This document shows, in pieces, positions 46,236-56,121 of a DNA stretch of 64,000 nucleotides. Source of the stretch: a virus (Duplodnaviria > Caudoviricetes); the IMG/VR virus record IMGVR_UViG_2599185359_000001, positions 46,779-110,778 of that record. One strand, written 5' to 3'. The position numbers and the translations under genes were made by a program. Every line of letters starts with the position of its first letter. Positions within the stretch are counted from its first letter, which is position 1. The notes beneath the pieces were generated by a model, which was not told the DNA's origin, searched no databases, and saw only the letters and a program-made list of their open reading frames with translations.

Positions 46236-49200
46236 TCAGACGAGCGGCAGGCGGGATTCCACCCGCGCCCACCAGTCCCGAAGGCTCAGGATGTCGAAGA
46301 GGCCGGCCGCGCACCCCGCGGCGAGCCGCTGCACGAGCTGGTTGAAGTTGTCGTCGTTCTGGGCGGGTCCGTAATGCATATAGCACACCAGGTCTTTACC
46401 ACCGTCGATTGCGTCCAGGACCTCGGCGTAGGCCTTGTCGACAAGATTGGTGCTACCGCCTGCTGCCGTGGTGTCGTCGAACGATGCGGCCGGGCAGCGA
46501 ATGGCGAAGTAGGGGTCAAGGCCGTAGCCAGTGTAAACGCCATTGCCGCTGCCGGCCGAGCCCATGCGCCCGAACTTATAGCCCGCGCCAAGAAGCGCGT
46601 CCTCCATCTTGCCGATTTGGAAGGCAGCGTCCTTGAGGTGGAAGTTGGCAAGGCCGCCGGTGATCGCCGGCACATTGCCCGACATGGTAACGGTTCCGGT
46701 GGCGCCTTCGACGTCGACCGACAGAATGGTAAGTCCATCCGGCACGCCCAAAGCGAACATCGTCATGCCAGGCACGAGGTAGGTCGTGTCCACGTTCGTG
46801 AGCTGCGCCGTGCCACTGGCGGTGTAGGTCACCCCCCTGCGCGAGGCTGAGAAGTAGCACGTTCGCGAAGCCCCGGCCGGGATTGCCCGGTCGAAAACCA
46901 GGTCGACCTGCGACCGCCCGTTGCGCTTCATCTGAAGCAGAACAGGGTTGCCCGAGGCGCCCGTGTTCTTCACAACCATGCCGGCGGCGATACCTTGGTT
47001 TACAATGGTGTTCGCCAACGTGATCGTGCTCGTCCCGTTCGGCGTCAACGCGATCGCGTGATTGGGCGCGCCGCCGCCGCCCCAATACGTCCCCGCGCCG
47101 AACGACCAACAGAACAGCTTTGCGTCGTCAGCGTTCGAGAAACCACCCGCGATTGCGCGGTCGCGCAGGGCGTTCAGTTGCTCGACGGCCGCAGCTGGCG
47201 AGGTGAACATCGTGAAGGACTCGTCAGCGGGGCCGCTGTCGAGACTCCACGTCCACCCATAGTCGTTCCTGAGCGACAGAGCCTGGGCGGCGGTTAGATT
47301 CGTGGCGCCGTTGGTGCTCAACACGTCCTGGCAGAGGAAGCCGGTGCCCACGAACGGGTAGGGCATTCCAGCTGCGATGCCCGCGGCCTTCATAGCCGGC
47401 GCCGCCTTAGTGATCTGGCCGACGTTGCCGTCATCGAAAGTCAGGACGATCGCAGGCTTGATCCGCTGCGGGCGGATCAGCGCATCCACCTTCACCGAAG
47501 CGTTTTTGTTGCCAAGGTTCTGCAGCTGAAGCGCAAGCTGCTTCGTGCCAGCCCCTGCGTCCGTCAGCTTTGCGCCAGTCCATGAGCCGCCAGCGCGCAA
47601 GCGCGAAGCTTTGAAGGTCAGCCATCGCTTGCCACGATTGTACGGGTAAAAGTCGGTATTGGGCGCGAGGCCAGAGGCGGGGTCGAACGACGGGATGTAG
47701 GTCTGCCCGTTGGTCGTGAGGCGCAAGACGGCAGCATACAGGGAGGTGTTGTACACATCCATGCCGACATCGATGCAAACGCCGATCAGGTCCCAGCTGG
47801 CGGGATCATCGTTCGCGCCGATGCTCGGGGTCGTGAGCGACGGAAGGTTGACGCCCAGCATGTTGACCTGCACCGCGCCGGTGCCCTGCACGACAGGCCC
47901 AACGACCTGCATCGATGCGCCGCTGCTCACGGTGCGGGAGCCGAGCGTATCGAAGCCGTCGAGCAGCGTGTACGGCGTCATGGTCGCGACCGGCGTGGTG
48001 GGAACGAACGCACCAATGCTGGCAGCCGCGCCCTTGGTGGCATACCGCGCGATATAGTCTGCCTTCCGTGCCGCGATGTCTGTCAGGCCGCTATTGCCCG
48101 ACCCAGTGGGATACGGGTTCGCGAAGATCGCCTGGTGATCGGTGAAGGCTTTCATGTTGGCCAGGTTGCCCTGGTTGGTGAGCTTCGCGGCCCCTGTGAT
48201 GGTGGCCGTGATCGGCCCCGCGCAGACGTTCCCCGTCACGACGAGATCGCCATACACCCCAGTGACATTGATCGCCGGGATCGAGCCCGCAAGAGTCGGG
48301 TCGATCAGGTCGAGCGCGCTCGGATCGTTGATGGCCGTGTTGTTGCGAACGTAGATGTTCACGCCGACCGCGCCTGCGACATTGCCGCTCGAGTCCTTCA
48401 CCACCATCGCGATGCTGTTGGCGTTCGACGTCTGGAAGCAGTTATTCTCGATGTAGATGTTCTGGTAGGTCGGTCCGGTAGCGTTCCACGGCCCAGCGAA
48501 CACGCCGTGCAGGCCGGCATAGCCGCCGTCTCCACCATTGCCGCGGATGATCATGTTGCCACGCACGATCAGATCGCCGAGCACCGGCCCCGTCGTCGTG
48601 GTGGTCGAGAGGGTGTTGATCTGCACGAAATCGGGGTGCGCCTGGCTGCCGGCCGGCGTCAGCTTGTCGATCACAAGGTTGTTCGTGACGGTGACGCTGC
48701 CCGCGTTCGTGAACTGCATCCCATCCTCACCCATGTTGATGAAGGTGTTCGCGTCGACGAGAATGTTGTTCGACTGCGTGCCGTTCACGCCCATGGCAAT
48801 GTTCGTCGCGAGGTTCTTGAACGTGTTATTGCGGATCGTCACATTCTGAACGGCACCGTTCTTGAGGATACCGTAGCTGTAGGTGGACGAGTCATCCACC
48901 TCGAAGCGGTTATTCTCGACGATGTAGTTGTCGCCGGTGAAACGGACGCACTCGACGCCGGGTCCTGAGAGCAGGCTCGTCCAGCGCAGGCCGCGGAGCG
49001 CGAAGCCTCCCGCGATGAAGAAGTTGCTGATCGTCGCCTTGTAGACGTTGTCAGCCGTGAGCACGGCATGGTTGCTCCCGGAGAACGTGCCGGTGGGCGC
49101 AGCGATCCTGGGTCCGGTCGTCCCCTGCGAAGCGTAGTTGCCATTGCGAAGGATGACCGTCTCGCCATAGGCCGCACCATGCGCCGCAAGCTCTGCCGCA

Positions 49201-50417
49201 GTTGCTACGTGGCGAGCGTTGCTGACCGTGACCACGCTGGCCGTCACGGCCCAGCCGGCGCCATCCGATACGCGCAGGCTGTACGAGGCCGCGAGCGCCG
49301 GGGGAGCAGCGCCTGCGGTGCCTGCGAGCACGAGCTTATTGTTGACGATGGTGAAGAGGCCGCCCGCGTCACCCCCGACGATCGCCGGCGTGCCCGAGCC
49401 GGAATACCCCAGGTCGAAAGCACCCATCCCGCGGCGGGTATTCGCGCCCAGCGGAACCGTGAGGGTCGCATCGTCGTCATTGAGGATCGTGCCAGCGCTG
49501 GTGACGGTGCCGATACCAGGCACGAAGACGGTGATGATGAAGTTTTCGTTCGGCTCGACCTTCATGTCGCCGATCACCTTCACGGTGACAGTCTTGACGC
49601 TCTCGTTGGCAGCGAAAAGATCGGCGCCGGTCACCTGCACGACATCATCGGCGCTGATCGGGTTGGTGGCGCCGGGCGTCACTGCCCAGGTGAAGGGTGC
49701 AGGGCCAACAAAGCCATCGCGCTTGAGCGTGACGGTGTAGACGAACGATGTCGTGCCGCTGTTGCCTTCGGGCAGCTCGATCGGATCCGAAATCGAAAGC
49801 GTCGGATTTGCCGGGATCGGCGGAACGACCTCGAGCGAGCCGAGCACGACGCCGGTCAGGTCGCTGCTCGCAAGCAGCTCGCCCTTCTTGTTGCGGCCGA
49901 TCGTTTGATAGCCGATCCGATAGCCACGATCTTCGCGCGAGAAGCGGTAATCGGTGACGTCGGGATAGCTGATGACGGTATAGCCGTCGGTACCCGCCCG
50001 CACCCACCGGCCGCCGGCACGAACGCCGCCGGTGATATTCGCGTCGATAGCCGAAACGAGATCGCCGACGCGGGGGCTCGAGGGAGCGGTTAGCGTGGGC
50101 TTCGACGAGGCGACCGGAAGCGAAGCCGCCGTGATGGTGATCTTCAGTTCCGTCTGCTGCCGCGGCGTCTGCGCATCAGGGTTCCATTCCTCGACAATGA
50201 TCGAGAACTTCTTCACCTGGTCCGGCAGAACCTCGAGGCGGTTGACCTTGAGCTCGGTACCGACGAGCTTCACTCGACTGCCAGCGCTATCGATCAGCCT
50301 CAGCTTCCCGCCGGCGCTGACGTTCTGGATGGTGCCGATGGGCGTATCGGGGGCCGCCCCTTCGGCGATGGTGGCGGCGCTGAGCACGAGCGGCACCAAG
50401 GGCGCGATAAAGCTCAC
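46236..50417 (-). CDS. 1393-aa multidomain protein: cadherin/Ig-like, Calx-beta, right-handed beta-helix, NodB/CE4 polysaccharide deacetylase
   Basis: EGNSG..FVYTVTL..EPNENF..GTILNDD; repeated xxxNNxF turns; IVLTFDDG ... LVCYMHY; GTGA overlap with portal. Confidence 0.75.
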   Translation of the reverse strand: MSFIAPLVPLVLSAATIAEGAAPDTPIGTIQNVSAGGKLRLIDSAGSRVKLVGTELKVNRLEVLPDQVKKFSIIVEEWNPDAQTPRQQTELKITITAASLPVASSKPTLTAPSSPRVGDLVSAIDANITGGVRAGGRWVRAGTDGYTVISYPDVTDYRFSREDRGYRIGYQTIGRNKKGELLASSDLTGVVLGSLEVVPPIPANPTLSISDPIELPEGNSGTTSFVYTVTLKRDGFVGPAPFTWAVTPGATNPISADDVVQVTGADLFAANESVKTVTVKVIGDMKVEPNENFIITVFVPGIGTVTSAGTILNDDDATLTVPLGANTRRGMGAFDLGYSGSGTPAIVGGDAGGLFTIVNNKLVLAGTAGAAPPALAASYSLRVSDGAGWAVTASVVTVSNARHVATAAELAAHGAAYGETVILRNGNYASQGTTGPRIAAPTGTFSGSNHAVLTADNVYKATISNFFIAGGFALRGLRWTSLLSGPGVECVRFTGDNYIVENNRFEVDDSSTYSYGILKNGAVQNVTIRNNTFKNLATNIAMGVNGTQSNNILVDANTFINMGEDGMQFTNAGSVTVTNNLVIDKLTPAGSQAHPDFVQINTLSTTTTTGPVLGDLIVRGNMIIRGNGGDGGYAGLHGVFAGPWNATGPTYQNIYIENNCFQTSNANSIAMVVKDSSGNVAGAVGVNIYVRNNTAINDPSALDLIDPTLAGSIPAINVTGVYGDLVVTGNVCAGPITATITGAAKLTNQGNLANMKAFTDHQAIFANPYPTGSGNSGLTDIAARKADYIARYATKGAAASIGAFVPTTPVATMTPYTLLDGFDTLGSRTVSSGASMQVVGPVVQGTGAVQVNMLGVNLPSLTTPSIGANDDPASWDLIGVCIDVGMDVYNTSLYAAVLRLTTNGQTYIPSFDPASGLAPNTDFYPYNRGKRWLTFKASRLRAGGSWTGAKLTDAGAGTKQLALQLQNLGNKNASVKVDALIRPQRIKPAIVLTFDDGNVGQITKAAPAMKAAGIAAGMPYPFVGTGFLCQDVLSTNGATNLTAAQALSLRNDYGWTWSLDSGPADESFTMFTSPAAAVEQLNALRDRAIAGGFSNADDAKLFCWSFGAGTYWGGGGAPNHAIALTPNGTSTITLANTIVNQGIAAGMVVKNTGASGNPVLLQMKRNGRSQVDLVFDRAIPAGASRTCYFSASRRGVTYTASGTAQLTNVDTTYLVPGMTMFALGVPDGLTILSVDVEGATGTVTMSGNVPAITGGLANFHLKDAAFQIGKMEDALLGAGYKFGRMGSAGSGNGVYTGYGLDPYFAIRCPAASFDDTTAAGGSTNLVDKAYAEVLDAIDGGKDLVCYMHYGPAQNDDNFNQLVQRLAAGCAAGLFDILSLRDWWARVESRLPLV

Positions 50418-52054
50418 TTATTCAATTCCTTCTCCTTGTCGGGCGCCTTCACGGACCCTTGATTGTTTTCGCCCTGGCTGTTTCGCTTGCCGGGGACGCG
50501 GCCCTTTCCGAGGGTTGGCTGGGCAGAGAGTGCAGACGCGGCATCGATCACGGGCTCTTCGAGCCAGTCGTTCTCGATGTCGTCTTGGATCTCCTTGAGA
50601 TCTGCTTCCGAAGCTTGCGGGAACATCTTCTCGGACAGCCGCGCCATCTGCTTGCGGCGGAGCTTCTTCGGAGCGTTCATCACGGAGAGACGCTGCGCAT
50701 TGTCCATTTCGTCGGCGAGGTTGCGCACGTCGAATGTCTGCGGGTAGCTGACGAGCTCCTCGGTATCCTGGAGCTCCTCGACATCGCCGGACCAGGCGTT
50801 CACCAGGCGCACCAGGTTGTGCTCGACGTTCTGAAGCGACCGCGCCTTCGCGGCGAGCATCGCGTTGATCTTCTCGAAATCGTAGGCCTTGGCGACGCCG
50901 CTGGAATTGTCGATGCCGGTGGCGTTGTCTTCCTTCGTCCGTTCGCCGGCCATGCCGATCGAGTGATAGATCTCGCCGACGATCTTGGTGACGGCCTTGA
51001 GGATCAGCTCGGGCTGGCTGACGTCAGGCGAGATGTACGTGGGGGCGGCGCCACCCTCGGCGTTGTAGCCGAACACGCGCTTGGTCCCCATGACCTGCAT
51101 GTTCGACATCTGATCCTGGTCGATATCGCTGTCGTCACCGGCGCCGCCCTCGGTGGGCAGCATGCCCTGAAACGGGATTGCCAGCTGCGAGAAGGTCTGA
51201 TCCGTGACGATCACGTCGAGACAGGACAGGTAATTCGCGACCGTCCGGTCCATATAGGCAACGTCTTCGACCAGCCCGTCGACCTTGTAGAGCTCGTCCG
51301 AGGTGATGTGGTCGGCGGGGAAGATCGGGACGATGCCCAGGCCGTGCTCACGCACGGACGCCAGATCGAGCTCTGCGGTGCGCTCACGCCCCTTCTTCGC
51401 GACCTTGATGACCGCGGTGAAATCCTTGGTCCAAAGCCGGAACTGCTCGGTCACATCGCCGGAGGAGGTGAGGGGGTTCGCGTCGTCGCGCGCGAACTCG
51501 CCGTTCATGAACCATTCGAGCTCGCCGTCTTCATCGAAGGCGTAGTCGTAGGCCTGCATCGGCTTGATGAAGTATGCGTAGATGCGCCCCTTGGCGGCCT
51601 TGCGGTCAGCTTCGGTGACGACATCTGCGGGGATCGAATTGTCGACCACGACCCAGAGCCGACCGAAGGTGCTCGACCACTTCGCGATCGATTCCATCAG
51701 GTCGCAGATGGGGCGCTTCAGCAGCGTGGCTGCGCCCCAGAACTCCTTGACCGCCGGCGGCAGCTCTTCGCTCCGCGCGATCGCGCCCTTGAAGACGTAC
51801 TTGTTGACGAGGCCGACGACCTCCTTGGAGTGCGGGAAGCGATATGCGCGCTTCTTGCGCTCCGCGAACTCCTTGCGGCCCTCCTTTGGGTAGGTGAAGA
51901 GGTTCTTCTCGATCCACGAGCGGCCGCCGCGGTAGCACGCTTCCAGGAAACGCCAGTGGTCGAGGTTTTCCTTGAACTCGGGGTGCCGGCGATCGATCAG
52001 CTTCAAGAGCTGCTCGGACGATGCTGCTTTCAGCGCGGAGAGATCGACAGACAT
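50414..52054 (-). CDS. Portal protein
   Basis: Follows TerL; HGLGIVP, SSGVAKAYDF, YPQTFD; leaderless ATG at 52054. Confidence 0.85.
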   Translation of the reverse strand: MSVDLSALKAASSEQLLKLIDRRHPEFKENLDHWRFLEACYRGGRSWIEKNLFTYPKEGRKEFAERKKRAYRFPHSKEVVGLVNKYVFKGAIARSEELPPAVKEFWGAATLLKRPICDLMESIAKWSSTFGRLWVVVDNSIPADVVTEADRKAAKGRIYAYFIKPMQAYDYAFDEDGELEWFMNGEFARDDANPLTSSGDVTEQFRLWTKDFTAVIKVAKKGRERTAELDLASVREHGLGIVPIFPADHITSDELYKVDGLVEDVAYMDRTVANYLSCLDVIVTDQTFSQLAIPFQGMLPTEGGAGDDSDIDQDQMSNMQVMGTKRVFGYNAEGGAAPTYISPDVSQPELILKAVTKIVGEIYHSIGMAGERTKEDNATGIDNSSGVAKAYDFEKINAMLAAKARSLQNVEHNLVRLVNAWSGDVEELQDTEELVSYPQTFDVRNLADEMDNAQRLSVMNAPKKLRRKQMARLSEKMFPQASEADLKEIQDDIENDWLEEPVIDAASALSAQPTLGKGRVPGKRNSQGENNQGSVKAPDKEKELNK

Positions 52055-52060
52055 CGCGCC

Positions 52061-52089
52061 AGTATATCTGAAACTGTGTGTGTTGTCAC
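52061..52089 (-). promoter_or_regulatory. sigma70 promoter, leaderless, for portal
   Basis: GTGACA-N17-TATACT then 6 nt to ATG; operator over -35. Confidence 0.62.
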
Positions 52090-52095
52090 CCACAC
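52076..52095 (+). promoter_or_regulatory. Operator motif copy 23 (portal)
   Basis: GTGTGTGTTGTCACCCACAC. Confidence 0.75.
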
Positions 52096-52102
52096 GCTAC
52101 GG

Positions 52103-53362
52103 TCAATAGGACCAGCCCACGAGCTTGGAGAAGCGGTTCCCGAACAGGTAGTGGATCGGGTAGCCAAGCGCGTCGCACATGTGCTCGACACCCTGGCTCT
52201 TATCCACCTGGGGCGTGCCAGCCTTGTAGATCGTCTGGTTGAGGCTCTCGATCAGGTGCCGGCACTTCTCGTCGATGAACAGTCGACCTTCGCCCTCGGC
52301 ATTTGAGAACATGCCATTGACGGTCGCGACACGATCCGAGACCAGCGGGTGCTTCTTCTTGTAGATGATTTTCCTGAAGCCGCGCGATCGGAAGACGTCC
52401 AGGTCGGACTCGCCTCGCGAAGAGTTTCGGTTGGCGCCGGCCGGGTCGGGATAGAGCGTCATCTGCGCCTTGTGGCGGAAATATCGACGCTCCAGCTCGT
52501 CGCATACCTCCGGCACGTTGGAGCTGGGCAGCTTAATTTCATCGACGACCCAGACCTGGCCGCTGGGCTGCCGCTGCATGATCACGGTCGACATTGGATC
52601 GACGTTGAAGTCCTGCCCCAGGATGATCGGCAGCGCGGGGTTGAAGGGGTAGCGGCCGACATGCTTCTTCTGATCGAACGCGTAATAGACGCGGCCGGAC
52701 ATGCTCTCGAAGCTGGCCTCGAACTCCTGGCGGAACGTTTTCGGATCCAGGTTCTCTCGCGCGTGCCGGATTTCGCTCGGCGGGAAGAACGGCGACATGA
52801 TCGTCGGGAACTGCCACGAAATCCACTGGCCGCTCCGCTGGTTCTTGCGGATCTGACCCTTGGCATAGAGCTCGTAGAAGTGGTTGTAGCTCTTCGGAGT
52901 GCCGATGATGAGCGCACGACCCTTGGTGGTCGTCAGCGTCGGATAGAGCACCTTCTCCCAGACGTCAGGGCGGAAGTCCTGCATCTCGTCGCAGATGCAG
53001 AAGTGCAGCGCGCGGCCGCGGAGCGTGTCGGGGCGGTCCGCCCCCTTGAGCTGGATGACGGTGCCGTTGATCAGCCGGACCTCAAGGCGGGTCTCGTGCT
53101 TCTTGGCGATCCAGGACTGCGGAAGAGCCTCGATCAGCTCATCCCACATGATCTCGCGGGCCATCGAGAAGGTCGGCGCCACATACCAGATGGTGCGGCG
53201 GCCGGCACCCTTCGCGGCGCGGATCAGCTCGATGCGAGAGAGGTGGGTCTTCCCAAACCGGCGGCCGGCGACCAGGATGCGGAAACGCGCGGCATGCCGA
53301 AACACCGCGGCTTGGCCGTGGTGCAGCTTAAGGTCGATCTTCGGGAGGGGAAAATAGGTCAC
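52103..53362 (-). CDS. Terminase large subunit
   Basis: AGRRFGKT, YVAPT, LRG, CDE, IGTP, FRQEFEASF, GQDFN, HMCDALGY; GTG at 53362. Confidence 0.93.
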   Translation of the reverse strand: MTYFPLPKIDLKLHHGQAAVFRHAARFRILVAGRRFGKTHLSRIELIRAAKGAGRRTIWYVAPTFSMAREIMWDELIEALPQSWIAKKHETRLEVRLINGTVIQLKGADRPDTLRGRALHFCICDEMQDFRPDVWEKVLYPTLTTTKGRALIIGTPKSYNHFYELYAKGQIRKNQRSGQWISWQFPTIMSPFFPPSEIRHARENLDPKTFRQEFEASFESMSGRVYYAFDQKKHVGRYPFNPALPIILGQDFNVDPMSTVIMQRQPSGQVWVVDEIKLPSSNVPEVCDELERRYFRHKAQMTLYPDPAGANRNSSRGESDLDVFRSRGFRKIIYKKKHPLVSDRVATVNGMFSNAEGEGRLFIDEKCRHLIESLNQTIYKAGTPQVDKSQGVEHMCDALGYPIHYLFGNRFSKLVGWSY

Positions 53363-53364
53363 GA

Positions 53365-53940
53365 TCAGTCGTCGAGACTGTCGTCGCTGCCCTCTTCGTC
53401 TTCGTCCTCGAGGCCTTCCAGGTAGCTGGCCTCGTTGCCTTCGCGGATCGCGTCCAGCTCGCTCTCGCTGTACTCGCCGACATTCAGATCCGGCAGCGAC
53501 GCGCCTTCGCCGAGGAGATCCTCGATCTGCAGGATGTCCCAGCTCTCGACGCGAGCTTTCTGGATAACCGCCATCGCATTCTTCAGCGTCAGCACGTCGG
53601 CATTGGCAGTCGCTACCGAGCCGTTGTTCTTCCCGGCGTTGATCACCTTGGACATCACCATCTTGGCGATGGCGTCGGTCCATTTGGCATAATTGTCGCG
53701 GGTCTCCGTCGCCTGCTGAACCTGGCGCTCGCGCTCGGCGCGGGCCACGTCCTCGACCTCGGTCGTAACTTCGGCCAGGCGGGAGCCCTTCGTGATCCCA
53801 CGAGCATGCAGACCCTGCTGGATCGCTTGCTTCGACACGCCGAACTGCTCAGCGAGATCACGAAGGTTCTTCTCGCCGCGCTCGTAGAGCGTCACGATCG
53901 TGGCCCAGTCCGAGGGCGACAGGCGAGACGGGGCAGCCAC
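53365..53940 (-). CDS. Terminase small subunit (N-terminal HTH)
   Basis: LRDLAEQFGVSKQAI; directly upstream of TerL; GTG at 53940. Confidence 0.75.
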   Translation of the reverse strand: MAAPSRLSPSDWATIVTLYERGEKNLRDLAEQFGVSKQAIQQGLHARGITKGSRLAEVTTEVEDVARAERERQVQQATETRDNYAKWTDAIAKMVMSKVINAGKNNGSVATANADVLTLKNAMAVIQKARVESWDILQIEDLLGEGASLPDLNVGEYSESELDAIREGNEASYLEGLEDEDEEGSDDSLDD

Positions 53941-53985
53941 GTTCAGCGAACTCCGGGGGCAACAGAGAGGGCACGAACGGGCTGC

Positions 53986-54005
53986 ATGTGTGTTAGAATA
54001 CACAC
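53986..54005 (+). promoter_or_regulatory. Operator motif copy 24 (terminase)
   Basis: ATGTGTGTTAGAATACACAC. Confidence 0.75.
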
Positions 54006-54023
54006 AACCGAGGTTTTGAGCAA
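53995..54023 (-). promoter_or_regulatory. sigma70 promoter of terminase operon
   Basis: TTGCTC-N17-TATTCT; operator over -10. Confidence 0.62.
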
Positions 54024-54119
54024 CCCCTCTTGGCTTCGCTGCACTCCGCGGGTTCTCTTGGCAGCAAAATTGGTCAGTCATGCTGACCTTTGACAAAAAA
54101 GAACGTGCCGAAAGGCGCG

Positions 54120-54240
54120 TTCTATTCTTCGAACGAAGTGAGAAGAATAACGAATCTATGAATCATATATATAAACTAATATATATATAAATATAACTAA
54201 TACCGCGTGCGTGATGCGCGTGCGTATATACGCGTGCGCG
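54120..54240. other. AT-rich non-coding island with repeats and palindrome
   Basis: ATATATATAAA twice, three CGCGTGCG, palindrome GCGTATATACGC, TATTCTTC/GAAGAATA inverted repeat. Confidence 0.6.
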
Positions 54241-54570
54241 CTAGGGGGTTCCGATATTCCCCGAACTCGCGGAGGGCAGGGCAGTGGGCCTTACGAGATC
54301 ACGCCCAGCATCAGTCGCGGCGAGGGTCCTGACCTTGCGGGATCGGCGCAGGACGAGCCCGTCCTCCCTTACCAAGCCGTGCGCCACCAGGTGGCGGAGG
54401 GTGCAGATCATCGCGCCCCGCGTCGTGCCGGGCGCGGTGGCCTCGATCAGCTGGTGAACATCGAGCAACGAGCCATCGGGGTTACCCTTGACCAGGGCCT
54501 TGAGCACCGCGTGCTGCTTGGAGGTCATCATCAGACCCCGGCGCTTCTCGGCGTAGGGTTTGAGCGCCAT
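54241..54570 (-). CDS. Winged-helix DNA-binding protein
   Basis: LDVHQLIE...TRGAMICTLRHLVAHGLV...TDAGR. Confidence 0.65.
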   Translation of the reverse strand: MALKPYAEKRRGLMMTSKQHAVLKALVKGNPDGSLLDVHQLIEATAPGTTRGAMICTLRHLVAHGLVREDGLVLRRSRKVRTLAATDAGRDLVRPTALPSASSGNIGTP

Positions 54571-55484
54571 CAGACGACCAGCCTTTCGGTCGCGTGCTGG
54601 CGGTCGAAAGCGGTGATTGGCAGCACGTCGGGAAGCTTCGTGCCCACGTCGGGGTTTGTGAATATCCCGTAGAGCGGCGAGGCGAGAACCATCTGCTGCA
54701 GCGCGTGCACGCAGTCCCGCATGGACATGTTGGCGACCCGGCGCTCACCGACCCCGCCCAGGCTCTTGCCGGTCTTCTCCAGCGCCGAGTGGCGGTAGTA
54801 GAAATCTTTCGTCGCTGCCTCGACCGCGGCGCGCTCGATCGATTCCTTTTCGAGCCACTCGTCCAGGATCGCTTCCAGGTCGGCGGGATCGCTGGCGAAG
54901 GTGGCGCGGAAGAACTTGATCCCCACATCGTACATGTTGGACCGCATCGGCTTCACGAACTGGAACCCGGCCTTGTGGGCGAACATGTTGTATTTCGACA
55001 TCGAGCTCTGGATCTCGATGAAGCGCTTGCCCTCCATTCGACTTGCGATGTTCGTGAACCGGTAGGCGAGGCCGGCGCCGCGGTACATCGTGTCGACTAC
55101 GACCCGGGCGACGACGGACATGTTCGCATTGATCCACTTCATGCGGAACTGGTTCGTCATCTTGTTGTCCTGGCCGGTCGGCTTCAGCTTCGGTAGCACG
55201 ACGTGGCGCTCCTTCAGCAGCAGCTTCGGGCTCGCCATCACCAGCACCCCGATCAGCTCGTCGCCCAGCTTCAGCGTGAAGTGGTGGCTGCCGGCCGGAA
55301 GGCTGCCCGATTGCTTGTAGTGGAGCGCCTCCAGCGTGCGCCAGTCGTCGATCGTGCCGCGCTGTACGGTCATCTCGTCGATCAGCGATAGCTTCGGGCG
55401 CGGCGACGCAACGCGTTCAGCCTCCCAGGGAAATTTCGGGTTGACGTCGAGCGTGCGCGTCTCTAGGTGTGTGTCAGTCAACAT
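54570..55484 (-). CDS. GNAT-fold acetyltransferase-like protein
   Basis: LEALHY, VVARVVVDTMYRGAGLA acetyl-CoA motif, MSKYNMF..AGF; ATG at 55484. Confidence 0.75.
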   Translation of the reverse strand: MLTDTHLETRTLDVNPKFPWEAERVASPRPKLSLIDEMTVQRGTIDDWRTLEALHYKQSGSLPAGSHHFTLKLGDELIGVLVMASPKLLLKERHVVLPKLKPTGQDNKMTNQFRMKWINANMSVVARVVVDTMYRGAGLAYRFTNIASRMEGKRFIEIQSSMSKYNMFAHKAGFQFVKPMRSNMYDVGIKFFRATFASDPADLEAILDEWLEKESIERAAVEAATKDFYYRHSALEKTGKSLGGVGERRVANMSMRDCVHALQQMVLASPLYGIFTNPDVGTKLPDVLPITAFDRQHATERLVV

Positions 55485-55486
55485 CG
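55467..55486 (+). promoter_or_regulatory. Operator motif copy 25 (over GNAT start and ABC stop)
   Basis: GTGTGTGTCAGTCAACATCG. Confidence 0.65.
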
Positions 55487-56121
55487 TTCGTCTCGATCTT
55501 GATCCGGTCGTGAAAGCGCTTGGTGACCATGAGGGACGGGGCAAGTTCCTCAAGGAGATCAGTGTGGGTGGTTGCGACGATCAGCGTTTTGCCGTGGGCG
55601 CGAGCGACCTTGGCGAGATTCCAGGCGACGATCTTCGCGGTGACGCGATCGAGCACGGCGCCGAACTCGTCTGCTACCCAGACGTCAGCGCCGCCCTCGA
55701 CCAGCTTCGCCAGGCGGAAGCGATAGCGCTGGCCATCGGAAAGCTCACCGGGCTTGCGGATGTACAGGTAGGCGTCGGACAAGCCCGCCACCGACAGGAG
55801 GCGAATTGCTTCAGCCAGTCCCTCACCGCCCAGCTGGTCGATGAGCGCTTTGTGCAAGTCCAGATCGACGGCGTCTATGTTGGCGACAGATTGGCCCGCC
55901 TCTGCAAGCTTCTCGGCGAGCGCGCGCAGCAGGACCGACTTGCCGGCGCCTGACTGGCCGCAGATGTAGACGACGTCGCCCGGCTTCACCTCCAGCTCGA
56001 CCTTGTCGAGAACGGTGAACTCGCGGTCTTCCAGGCCGAGCCCGAAAGCTTCGGCGACCTTGATGACCCGCTCCGAGCGCGCTGTGCGGCTCTGGAATGC
56101 GGCGTGAAGCTCAACCTTCAT
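55474..56121 (-). CDS. Soluble ABC-family ATPase
   Basis: GQSGAGKS, LSDGQRYR, VADEF, ATTH; no permease nearby; ATG at 56121. Confidence 0.85.
   Translation of the reverse strand: MKVELHAAFQSRTARSERVIKVAEAFGLGLEDREFTVLDKVELEVKPGDVVYICGQSGAGKSVLLRALAEKLAEAGQSVANIDAVDLDLHKALIDQLGGEGLAEAIRLLSVAGLSDAYLYIRKPGELSDGQRYRFRLAKLVEGGADVWVADEFGAVLDRVTAKIVAWNLAKVARAHGKTLIVATTHTDLLEELAPSLMVTKRFHDRIKIETNDVD

Noticed and set aside
55474-56121. ABC transporter
   Set aside because: No membrane permease or substrate-binding protein; coupled instead to a GNAT
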